From a virus (taxonomy: Duplodnaviria; Heunggongvirae; Uroviricota; Caudoviricetes): DNA of 64,000 nt. Location of the stretch: the IMG/VR virus record IMGVR_UViG_3300034104_004745, positions 64,001-128,000 of that record. The stretch is one strand, 5' to 3'. Under the pieces are notes generated by a model. It saw only the letters and a program-made list of their open reading frames with translations. It did not search any database and had not been told where the DNA came from. Below, in pieces: positions 8,103-18,533 of this stretch; within the stretch, counting starts at the first letter, position 1; each line of letters starts with the position of its first letter. The translations under genes and the position numbers were made by a program.

Positions 8103-8533
8103 AATGTTATGTTTTTTAATAATTTATAATATGAATCTGTTTCATTATCTGTTGTTGTGTCAATATCAATAAAGTTTTCTGTTGGTGCTTCATATTCAGT
8201 AACGTGAAATGATTCACGACCTCTAATTTCAGAAGTGTGAACATATATTTCAATAACAGAATTTTGTGATTTAAAACGATCTCTTTGATCTTTATACGGT
8301 GCAACCAATGAAACAACAACGTCGAATCCTTTGCTATTCATAAATTGAGCAATATATTGAGCTCTTTCGACATTCGCACGTCTACCATACTCACTATAGT
8401 CCTTATTATTGAATGCGTTTCGTAAATCGTCACCATCAATGTGGATGACATTGTCTTTAGGGAAGTGTTCCACTAAATATTTTGCTAATGTGGTCTTACC
8501 AGCACCTGGTTGACCTGTAAACCAGTATATCAT
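8099..8533 (-). CDS. cysC: Adenylyl-sulfate (APS) kinase (start probably M10 at 8533)
   Basis: WFTGQPGAGKTT, IDGDDLR, R.ANVER, VVSLVAPY...RDR, YEAP. Confidence 0.9.
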   Translation of the reverse strand: MIYWFTGQPGAGKTTLAKYLVEHFPKDNVIHIDGDDLRNAFNNKDYSEYGRRANVERAQYIAQFMNSKGFDVVVSLVAPYKDQRDRFKSQNSVIEIYVHTSEIRGRESFHVTEYEAPTENFIDIDTTTDNETDSYYKLLKNITL

Positions 8534-8579
8534 ACTATTAATATAAGGAATTATTTTCAAATAATCAAATAATCAAATA

Positions 8580-8696
8580 TCAATGATTATATGTAAATGG
8601 GTCGCGTTTTTTTAATTCTTCCATCTTTTTTTTATGGATTCTTTTACGTTTATACTCTTTAATTTTGGACATTAACCAATTTATTAGTTTTTTCAT
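8580..8696 (-). CDS. Small basic 38-aa protein MKKLINWLMSKIKEYKRKRIHKKKMEELKKRDPFTYNH
   Basis: Not in the track. ATG at 8696, TGA at 8580-8582; fills the intergenic gap. Confidence 0.6.
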   Translation of the reverse strand: MKKLINWLMSKIKEYKRKRIHKKKMEELKKRDPFTYNH

Positions 8697-8715
8697 ATTA
8701 ATTTTATGTTTTATA

Positions 8716-9501
8716 TTAAATAATCTCTTCCAAAAAGTTTAATTGTTCACTTATTATTGGTTTGTTTATGTGTAAATGCACAAATTTATTTGAAATAAAT
8801 GCTAATCTATCAAAACTATTAAGGTCATGTGGATTATCCGTAGCACCTTTACATATAAACCCAAAATCAATACCATATTTTATTATATATTGGTGAGATA
8901 AGAATTGTTCCAATAGGGTTGGTGTTATTTCGTGTATATCTTTATTATCTATTAATTTAAAAATTGTTTTAAAAATTGTTGACATTATAATTGGGTTTTT
9001 TACTATAACAACACAAAAACAAGGATATATCGACCAATTCATGATGGTTAATTCTTGGTCGTTATAATATTTTTTTATGTTATTAACAAATGGTTTTATA
9101 TAAGCATCCTGAGCCCAATTCACCATATGCATGTCAACATGTTCTCTATTTAGATTAACCTCCGGATATCCATAAGTTATTGTGTGTATTGATTCTAGTT
9201 TTTCGAACAATACTACATCTAGATCCATTAAGATATATGGCTCGGTTTCCTTAATCATTGCATAAATTTTAGGAATTGAAAATTGAGTTGGGTAATCATC
9301 TATAAACTCATTGATAATGATAACCTCATCAAATAAGATGTTGTTTTGTTGGAAAAAAATGTGTGAATTTAAATCACAATATATTTTAGTTTTGTAAAAC
9401 TTTTTGGCCGATTTAACAGATAATTTAGCTAACCTAATGAAATCATCGTTGATTGGTTTATAATGGTTATAAATTATTTTAAATGCGAAAATGGCTGTCA
9501 T
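8716..9501 (-). CDS. Putative nucleotide-sugar transferase-like protein (DxD; DUF6734-like)
   Basis: PKIYAM...PYILMDLDVVLF and C-terminal EQFL...HL. Confidence 0.5.
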   Translation of the reverse strand: MTAIFAFKIIYNHYKPINDDFIRLAKLSVKSAKKFYKTKIYCDLNSHIFFQQNNILFDEVIIINEFIDDYPTQFSIPKIYAMIKETEPYILMDLDVVLFEKLESIHTITYGYPEVNLNREHVDMHMVNWAQDAYIKPFVNNIKKYYNDQELTIMNWSIYPCFCVVIVKNPIIMSTIFKTIFKLIDNKDIHEITPTLLEQFLSHQYIIKYGIDFGFICKGATDNPHDLNSFDRLAFISNKFVHLHINKPIISEQLNFLEEII

Positions 9502-9513
9502 ATTATTTTAAAT

Positions 9514-11190
9514 CTATTTGTATATCAAGTAGTTACCTATAACAAGGTAATCCATTTCTGTGTTAAAAAATGTTTCTAACGCATCTTTAGGTGTTAATAC
9601 CATTGTTTTATCTTTTATGTTAAATGAGGTATTAAGTAATATTGGGTAACCACTTAATTTTTCGAATTCTAATAATAAATTATAGATCGTAGAATTTTTA
9701 TAAACAGTTTGGACTCTTGCTGTCCCATCTACATGTGTTATCGATGGTAGGTGATCTACATAGTCAGGTTTAACTTTAATGATTTGATTCATATATGGGA
9801 CGTCCCCAGATACATTAAAATATAAGTGTTGTTTTTCCTTTATAACCATAGGTGCAAATGGTCTAAAACCTTCCCTTTTTTTAATCACTTTGTTAATCTT
9901 GTCTTTCATTCCGGGAATTGTTGGGTCTGCTATAATTGATCTGTTACCCAATGCCCTTGCGCCGAATTCGATATGTCCTCTATACCACCCAATAACCTTA
10001 CCTTTTCTTAATTTTTCAGCAACTTTCTTAATTAAAACGTCTTCAGATCTAAACCTAAAGAATTTTAAATTTTTACTATTTTTGATAAAAGTATCATAGT
10101 AATAGCTTGGTCCCAGAAATGGGTTTTTAGGAATTCTTTCCTTTAATTTTTTGTTTTTAACCAAATAATGAATACAAGCCCCAATAGACGATCCAGCGTC
10201 AGATGGGGCTAATGGTATCCATAAGTTATTAAAGTGCGAATTTGAGACTATTTTACCGTTTGCGGTGCCATTATACGCGCACCCACCAGATAAACATAAA
10301 TTACCATTATCGTTTATTATTGAAATCGATTTTATGACCTCAAATAATATTTCCTCATATCGCATTTGAACCGCTGCAGCTAGATCTTTATGATCTTGCG
10401 TTATTTCACTGTCAATAACTCTTGGGTCTAAGTTTAACAACTCTATTAGTTTGTAATTGAACATACTTGTTGTTGATCTATCCCAACAAAATACCTCCAT
10501 ATTACATGTTAATGAACTATTTTTATATGTAATTAGTTTTCTAACTTTTTTTATATATTTTTCCGGGTCGCCATATGGTGCCAACCCCATAACCTTATAT
10601 TCACCCTCGTTTGGTTTAAACCCCAAGAATGCGGTTAATGCAGAATAGAATAAACCCAAAGAATGTGGGTATTCTGCCATGGATATATAATCTATGCCGG
10701 TATTATCCGCTAACCCCATAGATAAGGTGTCGATCTCACCAACACCATCTATAGACAAGCAAACAGCATTTTGAAAATTTGAACTGTAAAAAGAATAATA
10801 TTGATGAGACTCGTGGTGTGTTGAATAAAATATATTGTCAGAGTACTTTTTTAGCTCCTTATTTAAGCTCCAAGTATTCTTTTTTATTTTATACAGTGTT
10901 TGTAATGAGTATATTGGGTTTTTTAATAGTTGTGGTTTTATGTTTTTAAGAACCCTTTTAAGTTTTAGTTCCGGATATTCATAGAAACATATCATTTCAA
11001 TATCATCTCGCTTAATCTTATAATTTTTAATTATATAGTTAAGTGCTTGGTGTGGAAATGAACTATCATGTTTGATCCCTGTAAATTTTTCTTCCTCACA
11101 AGCAAAAACCAGCTGTCCGTTTTTGAATAAACAGACAGCTGAGTCGTGATAGAAAGCGGATATACCAATAATATACTGAATTTTACTCAT
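9514..11190 (-). CDS. Carbamoyltransferase (NodU/CmcH/TobZ family)
   Basis: FYHDSA, EEEKFTG.KHD, HHESH, DGVGE, EYKVMGLAPYG, EFGARALGNRS, KKREGFRPFAP, THVDGTARVQ, LNTSFN. Confidence 0.95.
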   Translation of the reverse strand: MSKIQYIIGISAFYHDSAVCLFKNGQLVFACEEEKFTGIKHDSSFPHQALNYIIKNYKIKRDDIEMICFYEYPELKLKRVLKNIKPQLLKNPIYSLQTLYKIKKNTWSLNKELKKYSDNIFYSTHHESHQYYSFYSSNFQNAVCLSIDGVGEIDTLSMGLADNTGIDYISMAEYPHSLGLFYSALTAFLGFKPNEGEYKVMGLAPYGDPEKYIKKVRKLITYKNSSLTCNMEVFCWDRSTTSMFNYKLIELLNLDPRVIDSEITQDHKDLAAAVQMRYEEILFEVIKSISIINDNGNLCLSGGCAYNGTANGKIVSNSHFNNLWIPLAPSDAGSSIGACIHYLVKNKKLKERIPKNPFLGPSYYYDTFIKNSKNLKFFRFRSEDVLIKKVAEKLRKGKVIGWYRGHIEFGARALGNRSIIADPTIPGMKDKINKVIKKREGFRPFAPMVIKEKQHLYFNVSGDVPYMNQIIKVKPDYVDHLPSITHVDGTARVQTVYKNSTIYNLLLEFEKLSGYPILLNTSFNIKDKTMVLTPKDALETFFNTEMDYLVIGNYLIYK

Positions 11191-11244
11191 TTACACATAT
11201 ACTTCTAATTTAAATATACGGATAAAAATAGTAAAAAAAGAGTC

Positions 11245-11451
11245 TTAAACTGTAATTATTTCAAAATAATGGTATTTTTCACCATTTAATTCTAATACAA
11301 CCACATCAATTTCTTCACTTAGTTCACTTATCATTAAATTATCTTTAAGATATTCTAATGCTAATTCTTTAGTCTCAAACGAATTATCTAATAATTCTAA
11401 GTCTCCTGTACCAAATTCGGTCCTTTTTAATGCATTGATTTTATAAGCCAT
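11245..11451 (-). CDS. Hypothetical protein
   Basis: 68-aa ORF preceded by the TATTTATA motif at 11467-11474. Confidence 0.65.
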   Translation of the reverse strand: MAYKINALKRTEFGTGDLELLDNSFETKELALEYLKDNLMISELSEEIDVVVLELNGEKYHYFEIITV

Positions 11452-11476
11452 AGTTTTTGTTTTTTATATAAATACT

Positions 11477-12208
11477 TTAAATTATTTGTCTTTTTTGTGA
11501 AGTGTCATTTTTTTTGCCCGATCCATAGAATTCTGAGTATAATTTTTCATTATATATAATCGTATAGTCAATAACCTCATGTAAATGCTTTGAAAGGGTT
11601 TTATGCCCATTTTCACTATAATGAGAGTCTTGTACTTTATTTTCGGTTTCTTCTTTGATGGTTTGGATTTTTGGTATGGTTATGACATCCATTCCGGGGA
11701 AAAAGCCAGAAAAAGGTGACCAATGAATTACCAGATTATTTTTAAATGTACGATTTATTAATTTAATTAAACTATTTAATTCATTAACATAGCAAGAATT
11801 ACCGTGTCTATTAACTAAGATTTCTTCCATAGTATTTATTGAAATCCCCATTAAATCACAACTTATTTTTTTTTGGTTATTGTCCCAATTAGAATGCATT
11901 GTGGTAAATTTACCAAATTTATTTGCCAATCTAGCCCTCTCAATACTAGACCAACCAATAATAATAATATCACCATCTTTTATTTCATCTATATTTTTCA
12001 CAATAATCTCAAGTATACTTTGATTATCTGCACCTCCATGCCCCCTATTAATACAAGTATATCTAAAATCTTCAGATAAAAAATCAGTAAAAACTTTAGG
12101 TACGTACTCTTTATATTCAAAGTATTTAGCTCTCCAATCCGATAGTCCTGGGACAGGGGCTAAAGATTGTGTAAAAGAATCACCAAACGCCCAAATTTTT
12201 CTTTCCAT
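11477..12208 (-). CDS. SGNH/GDSL-like esterase or acyltransferase
   Basis: FGDSFT (block I Ser), GHGGADN (block II), DSHYS (block V DxH). Confidence 0.75.
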   Translation of the reverse strand: MERKIWAFGDSFTQSLAPVPGLSDWRAKYFEYKEYVPKVFTDFLSEDFRYTCINRGHGGADNQSILEIIVKNIDEIKDGDIIIIGWSSIERARLANKFGKFTTMHSNWDNNQKKISCDLMGISINTMEEILVNRHGNSCYVNELNSLIKLINRTFKNNLVIHWSPFSGFFPGMDVITIPKIQTIKEETENKVQDSHYSENGHKTLSKHLHEVIDYTIIYNEKLYSEFYGSGKKNDTSQKRQII

Positions 12209-12225
12209 TAATGTTTATTTTTTAT

Positions 12226-12254
12226 AATATAATGTTTAAAACACATTTTATCAA
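12226..12254 (-). promoter_or_regulatory. Possible sigma70-like promoter TTGATA-N17-TATATT
   Basis: Read directly upstream of the ATG at 12208; AT-rich context lowers significance. Confidence 0.3.
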
Positions 12255-12278
12255 TGTTTACTAAATATAAATACAAAT

Positions 12279-13544
12279 CTATATCATTTTTTCATTTATG
12301 AATCCGTGTATCTTTAATCCTATCTCATTTTCAAATTTTTCCAATCTTAAAGTATCTAAAGTTTCGTTATATTTCTTAAACTCTCGATACAAATCAAATC
12401 TATTTAAATCATCAACATCACTAATACTAAAAAGATAGATAGAATCTAATAATTCTATTATCTCTTTATTAATATCGTCACTAACACCTAACGATTTTAA
12501 CTCTTGATTAAAGGTTAATAAACGAGTTTTAAACCTATCTTTAATTTCATTAGATATCCATTTACAACTTAAATAATCAGGACCATATATTGGATTTATC
12601 GCCAACATTCTTCTTCGTGAATAATCTATATTTTTTTCAATAAGACCTTGGTTAATTAATTCAAGAATCATATCAAATGTATGTAGATAATTTAGTGCCC
12701 CATAAGAAAAAGTATAAAAAATATGTGAATTAGTTAAAAATTCTGATACTTTTTTAGCATTTGTGATAAAAGTTTCAGTTTTAAATCCAGATCTTATATA
12801 CTCGCCTACACTACCTAAACCGTCTAAACTAGGAAATAATGTGATGTTATTAAAATGAGACCAATAATCAAAAATATGTTTATTTTTAAACGTTATTTTT
12901 GATAAATTGGTGCTATATCTTAAATAAACTTGTTTGTTTCTTTTTATTATCTCATCTAATATTTCATAATGATGCTCACTTATTAATGGTTCGCCACCAG
13001 CAAAATATATTTCATCCACATATTCATAATGATCACCTAATTGTTTTAAAAAATCATTTGTATCATCTAAAGTTATTATTGCTTGGTTACTATGTGACAT
13101 ATTCATACTAACAGCATCATTAAACCAAGATGAACTAAACCCATGATAACACATCCTACATTTAAAATTACATAGATTAGTGATTCTAATATCCCACAAA
13201 TGAAACTTTGTTTCGTCATAATCAACATAGTCAACACATTGTGGATAATCTCTATTTAATCTTTGTCTATATGATTCCGAGTTTAATTTCTCATTATTGA
13301 TACAATTAGAACATTGTTTAACAAAATCACCAGATATCATTTTACTCTTAATATCTTTAGATTTATCTGATTTATAAATCTCATTTAATGTTGATTTATT
13401 AATATTGCCAAGAGGATCATTTAAATCCCAATTACAACACGGAAGAACATTACCATTAGGATGAACATAGACACTCATCCAAGGCGCAACACAAAAAGAT
13501 TTTGAATCAACTAGTAAAGATTTCTTCTCATTTTCATTCATCAC
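12279..13544 (-). CDS. N-terminal twitch radical SAM protein
   Basis: FCVAPW..PNG..PCC, C..C, CNFKCRMC, AGGEP, YSTN. Confidence 0.92.
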   Translation of the reverse strand: MMNENEKKSLLVDSKSFCVAPWMSVYVHPNGNVLPCCNWDLNDPLGNINKSTLNEIYKSDKSKDIKSKMISGDFVKQCSNCINNEKLNSESYRQRLNRDYPQCVDYVDYDETKFHLWDIRITNLCNFKCRMCYHGFSSSWFNDAVSMNMSHSNQAIITLDDTNDFLKQLGDHYEYVDEIYFAGGEPLISEHHYEILDEIIKRNKQVYLRYSTNLSKITFKNKHIFDYWSHFNNITLFPSLDGLGSVGEYIRSGFKTETFITNAKKVSEFLTNSHIFYTFSYGALNYLHTFDMILELINQGLIEKNIDYSRRRMLAINPIYGPDYLSCKWISNEIKDRFKTRLLTFNQELKSLGVSDDINKEIIELLDSIYLFSISDVDDLNRFDLYREFKKYNETLDTLRLEKFENEIGLKIHGFINEKMI

Positions 13545-14749
13545 ATAAAGTAGTTTACTAAAGTTGGGTAATTTGTTTTAACGATATCGATAGTCGATTC
13601 ACTTCTATAACCATCTAATATCGTGAATTTAGTGTATTCTCTTCTTAGTTCATCATCAGTTGGTTGTTTACTGTACATAAATTCAATCAACGCATTGATA
13701 TCGTTTGTTTGTTCCTTAAAATCAAATGTTTCCCAGTGTGATTTTATTCTATCTTTTTCTTCTTTAGGTAACATATAGATTGACATATGTGGTGGGTAGT
13801 GAACAATGTTTAACCAAAAATCAAATAGAGGCGTGTTATCTCTCATCCATTGGATAGTTTTTGGTAACTCGTACGCATTTACCCAAGAAGTTGTATGTGT
13901 GTAGGTAAACCCTAAATTCCTATACTTCTTTCTTAGTTCGTGGTACTTAAATAAGTTTTCTTTTACCTCACCCCACACCGCATTTTTTCTTAGGTACTCA
14001 AACGTACCTTCGGTTCCGTCAATACTTAACCCAATACCAACTGCTTTAAATCCTTCACAGATTTTAATCATTAGATCTTCGTTAAGAATGGTGCCGTTGG
14101 TGGACATATTTAACAATATATTTTTACTATGTCCTTCGTTAATCATATGTGTTAAGACTCTTTCCCAGGTGTTCGAATAGAAAGGTTCCCCACCAACAAT
14201 TTCAAGCCTTCTAACGTGAGGTAACCAAGTATCCATACTAGAAATAAATTCACTTGTTTGGTGACCTGGTTGCCCATGTTTTAACCCGAAATAACGAATA
14301 CCAAATTTTTCCCATTCTGATTCTGGAATATCGTTTACTTCCTTCAACCAACTAGTACTATGACTAGGTGAACAACTTCTACATTTTAAATTACAAGAAT
14401 TATTTAAAATTATCTGGTAGTCTTCAGGATATTCAGGGACTTTACCATAATCGACTGTTGTTCCATTGTTTTTTAAAATTTCAATATATATTTGCCTTTT
14501 GCTTTTATAACCATTCTCTTCATCCTTCCAACACGTTTCACATCCTTTTGGTTTTTCGCCATTTAAAAATTGTGTTCTTAAATTTTCCATGTACTGACTA
14601 TGAAATATGTCTTTAACTGTATCGTTTTGAACATAAAAAAAAGAACCGTCTGGTTTTACTACATAATCTTTATTTATACAACAAGGTTTTACGCTTCCAT
14701 ATGGATCATTTGAAAACCCGACCCAAGGTAGTGGACATATATGTTCCAT
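13541..14749 (-). CDS. N-terminal twitch radical SAM protein (start probably M10 at 14749)
   Basis: ICPLPW...KPCC, CETC, CNLKCRSC, VGGEP, STNG. Confidence 0.92.
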   Translation of the reverse strand: MEHICPLPWVGFSNDPYGSVKPCCINKDYVVKPDGSFFYVQNDTVKDIFHSQYMENLRTQFLNGEKPKGCETCWKDEENGYKSKRQIYIEILKNNGTTVDYGKVPEYPEDYQIILNNSCNLKCRSCSPSHSTSWLKEVNDIPESEWEKFGIRYFGLKHGQPGHQTSEFISSMDTWLPHVRRLEIVGGEPFYSNTWERVLTHMINEGHSKNILLNMSTNGTILNEDLMIKICEGFKAVGIGLSIDGTEGTFEYLRKNAVWGEVKENLFKYHELRKKYRNLGFTYTHTTSWVNAYELPKTIQWMRDNTPLFDFWLNIVHYPPHMSIYMLPKEEKDRIKSHWETFDFKEQTNDINALIEFMYSKQPTDDELRREYTKFTILDGYRSESTIDIVKTNYPTLVNYFM

Positions 14750-14750
14750 A

Positions 14751-15944
14751 TTACTTAAAATATTTTTTCCATTCATTTAAGTAGTCTGTTATTTTTACAT
14801 TTCTAGATGTATCCAATAAATTAACAAACCCATAAAATTTTTCTTCATCATTATTATTTTTTGGCTTAAACAATTCAATTTTTAATCTTTCAACTTCATC
14901 TGGCCTCATGTATTTGATATTAGTAATAATTTCAGTTTTCATATCATCTGGAATAATATTAACCTGTTGAAATGAAGGATAATGTACATAGTTGTGTGAA
15001 ATAACTAAATCATAATCTAATGTGAATTTTTTAAAATTATCAATATTAAAAACATTATACGCACTAACTGTTTGGCAAACTTCTAAATTGAAAATATCTT
15101 TATATTCGACGATTTTTTTAAAATTTTCAAGTATTTGTCCCCAACTAGATCCATGTCTTATATAATCGTTTCTTTCTTCTAAATCATCTATTGATAAGTG
15201 AATTCTAACTTTCCTAAATTTCTTCCATATCTCTATGAATTTATCAGGTACTGCTGTCATATTGATACTATAATGTAAATCAACGTTTCCACTAGTACCA
15301 TCCGAAATAAATTTCTCTAAGAAATACCCGTGTTCCCTAATTAAGGTAGGTTCTCCCCCATTTATCCATATTTCTTTTAGCTTATTACACTTAGTGTATA
15401 GTTCGTCATAGAATGAGTGGTCTCTAAACCATTCAGTTCGTATATCACATTTGAAATAATCGTTTTCAAATTGAGTACCTTTAAATGAATGTATATCTTC
15501 ATTCCATCTATTTGATGAAAAAGGATTACAAGTAACACATTTTAAATTACAAACAGTACCAAGTCTCAATTCAACATAGTTGTAATTCACATCTTTAAGT
15601 GAGCCGTCTTCGTTAGTGTTAGTAAAACATTTCTCAATAAACTCTTCAAATTTTTTATTTGATTCGATTCTTTTTGATTCAACACCACCTTGTTCGTACT
15701 TGTAACATTTTTGACAAACGGATGGGAATTCCCCATTCATCATTTGTTTTCTAATATTATTAAACTTACTAGTATTTGTTATATCATTCAATTTATCTTT
15801 ACCCAAAAAAAGATGTTTACCATCAGGGTGAGCTGCGGTTGAAATACTATTAGTCATATCGGTTATACAACAAGGTGTAACCGTTCCAATTGGGTGTGTA
15901 GCTAAATGTATCCAAGGTAAAACACAAAATGATTTACTTTCCAT
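14751..15944 (-). CDS. N-terminal twitch radical SAM protein
   Basis: FCVLPW...TPCC, CQKC, CNLKCVTC, NGGEP. Confidence 0.92.
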   Translation of the reverse strand: MESKSFCVLPWIHLATHPIGTVTPCCITDMTNSISTAAHPDGKHLFLGKDKLNDITNTSKFNNIRKQMMNGEFPSVCQKCYKYEQGGVESKRIESNKKFEEFIEKCFTNTNEDGSLKDVNYNYVELRLGTVCNLKCVTCNPFSSNRWNEDIHSFKGTQFENDYFKCDIRTEWFRDHSFYDELYTKCNKLKEIWINGGEPTLIREHGYFLEKFISDGTSGNVDLHYSINMTAVPDKFIEIWKKFRKVRIHLSIDDLEERNDYIRHGSSWGQILENFKKIVEYKDIFNLEVCQTVSAYNVFNIDNFKKFTLDYDLVISHNYVHYPSFQQVNIIPDDMKTEIITNIKYMRPDEVERLKIELFKPKNNNDEEKFYGFVNLLDTSRNVKITDYLNEWKKYFK

Positions 15945-17296
15945 TAAATTAATATTTTACTATTATTTTGCCACCATTGAAGTACTCGTGGGTTTTGACT
16001 GAATATCTCATCAATCACCCCCACATTGTTTCTCCATAAATCAACAGCGTTTAAATTTTTTATTCCTCTTTGTAGCCCTTCTTGCCAATTAGGATACTTC
16101 TCTTGAAAAGTCTGTCTATTTTTTAAATCCTCAAGACACGTTATCCAATAATCATATTTATGATTCTGTTGGATTTTAGGTCTAATATAATCTAAAATAT
16201 CATCAATTACTTCGTTATAAATTTCTCTAGGTAGTACCTGTGGACACATAATGATACTACTATCAAACGCAAATGTGGTTTTAATTAATGTGTGAACATT
16301 TAACTCTAAGGACAAGTCAAATAATTCCTTTAAACTAAAAAGACCTGGTGTTGTGATTGTTAAATCAAACGCAATACCGTAATCACCATATCTTTGATTT
16401 AAGAACATAAAGTCCTTAAAGTTTTTGATCCATTCATCCCATCTTATACCGTGACGAACATATTCAACTATCTTACCTGTACCATCAATTGATGCGCATA
16501 TTTGTACTTGTTTGAAATGTGGTAAGAGAGTTCTTAAATCATAGTCTTTATAAGTTGTTCTTGAGAAATTAGAATTATATCTAACCCACACATTTTTTGC
16601 CCCACCTGTTTTAACTAGGTAATCCATAATCTCCCAGTGAATGTCCCACATTAATGGTTCGCCACCAACCCAATAAATCTCCTCAATTGTACCATTCTTA
16701 ACCGCTTCCCATAGTTCCTTTTCAGCAACGTCTTTTTGAAATGATTCAATAATTGGTTTATTTTGTTTTTGTGCCCAGTAATCGGTATTACCCTGTGCAT
16801 CATAGTGGCCCATAGATCTTCTTTCTGCTTCCCAAGAAGATGATAATTGATCCCCACACATTCTACATTTGAAATTACATAAGTTTTTAATTCGATAATC
16901 AAATGAAATAGGTTTCATCTCAGTATGACCGTCATCATTTGTCTTTTCAAATGCTTCCTCAATCTTGTGTGGAAATAGTGTTTTATTAAAGTAGTCACGG
17001 TATATTGAAATGTTCAATAGTTTATCGTTACAAACAGCACACTGAGGTATTTCTTTACCTTCCATTAAATCTTTTCTGATACCTTTCATATAATCAGAAT
17101 TCCAATGGTCGTCTAATGTTCCTGGATTATATTGTGAACCATTATCAGCACTTTCAGAATCAAGGTATTGTGTTGCCCAAGATGCTTTCTCCCTACTCGC
17201 ACAACAAAGTCTTCTTTCACTTTGTGGTGAAAGATAGGTGTGTGACCAAGGAGCCATACAAAATGTTTTATTTCCCTCAGATGGTTTTAATTTCAT
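15944..17296 (-). CDS. N-terminal twitch radical SAM protein
   Basis: FCMAPW...RLCC, CAVC, CNFKCRMC, VGGEP, NSN. Confidence 0.92.
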   Translation of the reverse strand: MKLKPSEGNKTFCMAPWSHTYLSPQSERRLCCASREKASWATQYLDSESADNGSQYNPGTLDDHWNSDYMKGIRKDLMEGKEIPQCAVCNDKLLNISIYRDYFNKTLFPHKIEEAFEKTNDDGHTEMKPISFDYRIKNLCNFKCRMCGDQLSSSWEAERRSMGHYDAQGNTDYWAQKQNKPIIESFQKDVAEKELWEAVKNGTIEEIYWVGGEPLMWDIHWEIMDYLVKTGGAKNVWVRYNSNFSRTTYKDYDLRTLLPHFKQVQICASIDGTGKIVEYVRHGIRWDEWIKNFKDFMFLNQRYGDYGIAFDLTITTPGLFSLKELFDLSLELNVHTLIKTTFAFDSSIIMCPQVLPREIYNEVIDDILDYIRPKIQQNHKYDYWITCLEDLKNRQTFQEKYPNWQEGLQRGIKNLNAVDLWRNNVGVIDEIFSQNPRVLQWWQNNSKILI

Positions 17297-18533
17297 CTAT
17301 ATTTTCTTTTTCAAATACCTCAATAAGATAAGGATATAATGACCTCCAATCTGTGTTTCGTCTTTGGTCGATTTTATCTAAATAATCCCTCAATCTTTTA
17401 AGTTGTGTTTTATCAACATCGTGAGTTGTCACTTGTTTCTCAAAACCATATAAGTAAAGTTTTCTGTGATCTTCTTCCGGTACTGCGGAAAGTAAATCTT
17501 CAAAAAATGATTTAGCGTGATGCCCTAAATTTTCAGGATTCATAAACGTTGGTCTAGCAACTGTGTTCCAACCAAAATCAACTTTCTTTATTTTATTCCA
17601 CTCGATTATCTTTCTGTAGAATTCACCCATCGTAGGTAAAGTAACAGGTGTAATGGTTGAGTGTACTGATATCTTTACAAGTGGTGATGTTAAAAGAGTA
17701 TTAAAATTAGTTTCCCATTCAATTAAATCCATACCAAATCTAGCAAATTCCGCTTGTGGCCCCCAACAATCCATACTGCAAACAATTTCAAAAGATTCTA
17801 ATTTTTTTTGTTCAATTAGTTTTGAAATTCTTTCTATTTTTTCTTTGAATTTACTTGGGTTGTGTTTGAGATTACTGAATATTTTAAAATTTGTGTTTGG
17901 ATGTTCATGTCTTTCAAAAAATTCTAAACATTCCTCAAATTCTGGTTGATACATAGGTTCACCACCTAAAATTTGGAAATGATATAAATCTCTAGAATTT
18001 TTTTCCATCCAAACCCAGAAATCCGCTTTAAGTTTGTCATAATCATCCCTACCGTGGAAACCATCCAAATCGTATTCACTCTCAAGTGGCCCAAATTTTT
18101 CAATCTCATTTTGAATTAGTGAGCTAAAAAAAGGTGAACAATAAACACATTTTTGATTACAAACATTAGTAAAATACACCTCCAATATTCTTGGTGTTAC
18201 ACTTAATTCTTTTGGATTAAGTTTTAGCTCTTTAGGTGATAATAAACTATCATTAATGTATGCTGTTCTTTCACTAATTCCTCCAGAGTCTTCTATTTTT
18301 TTACAATATTCACAACCATTACCTGGCCATTGTCCATCTAACATTTTTTGTCTATCCGATAATTTACCAGGATGGTTATGGAAGTCTTGCATGTGTTGAG
18401 TAACATCCCATCCCTTACATCTATGACAACTTGACGATGTTCCAACAGACAAAAATAAAGTGCTCCATGTCCATTTAAATTGACAAGCAGTTTGTGTTTT
18501 AATTGGAAATATATCTTCTATATTATGTGGCAT
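17277..18533 (-). CDS. N-terminal twitch radical SAM protein (C..KW/SCH subtype)
   Basis: ACQFKW...SSCHRC, CEYC, CNQKCVYC, LGGEP. Confidence 0.92.
   Translation of the reverse strand: MPHNIEDIFPIKTQTACQFKWTWSTLFLSVGTSSSCHRCKGWDVTQHMQDFHNHPGKLSDRQKMLDGQWPGNGCEYCKKIEDSGGISERTAYINDSLLSPKELKLNPKELSVTPRILEVYFTNVCNQKCVYCSPFFSSLIQNEIEKFGPLESEYDLDGFHGRDDYDKLKADFWVWMEKNSRDLYHFQILGGEPMYQPEFEECLEFFERHEHPNTNFKIFSNLKHNPSKFKEKIERISKLIEQKKLESFEIVCSMDCWGPQAEFARFGMDLIEWETNFNTLLTSPLVKISVHSTITPVTLPTMGEFYRKIIEWNKIKKVDFGWNTVARPTFMNPENLGHHAKSFFEDLLSAVPEEDHRKLYLYGFEKQVTTHDVDKTQLKRLRDYLDKIDQRRNTDWRSLYPYLIEVFEKENIDEIKTI

Noticed and set aside
8557-8579. Triple TCAAATAA microrepeat, and AT-only palindromes at 6264-6279, 48864-48877 and 63291-63302
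   Set aside because: Short, low-complexity and expected in AT-rich intergenic DNA; the palindromes are by-products of the TATTTATA motif.
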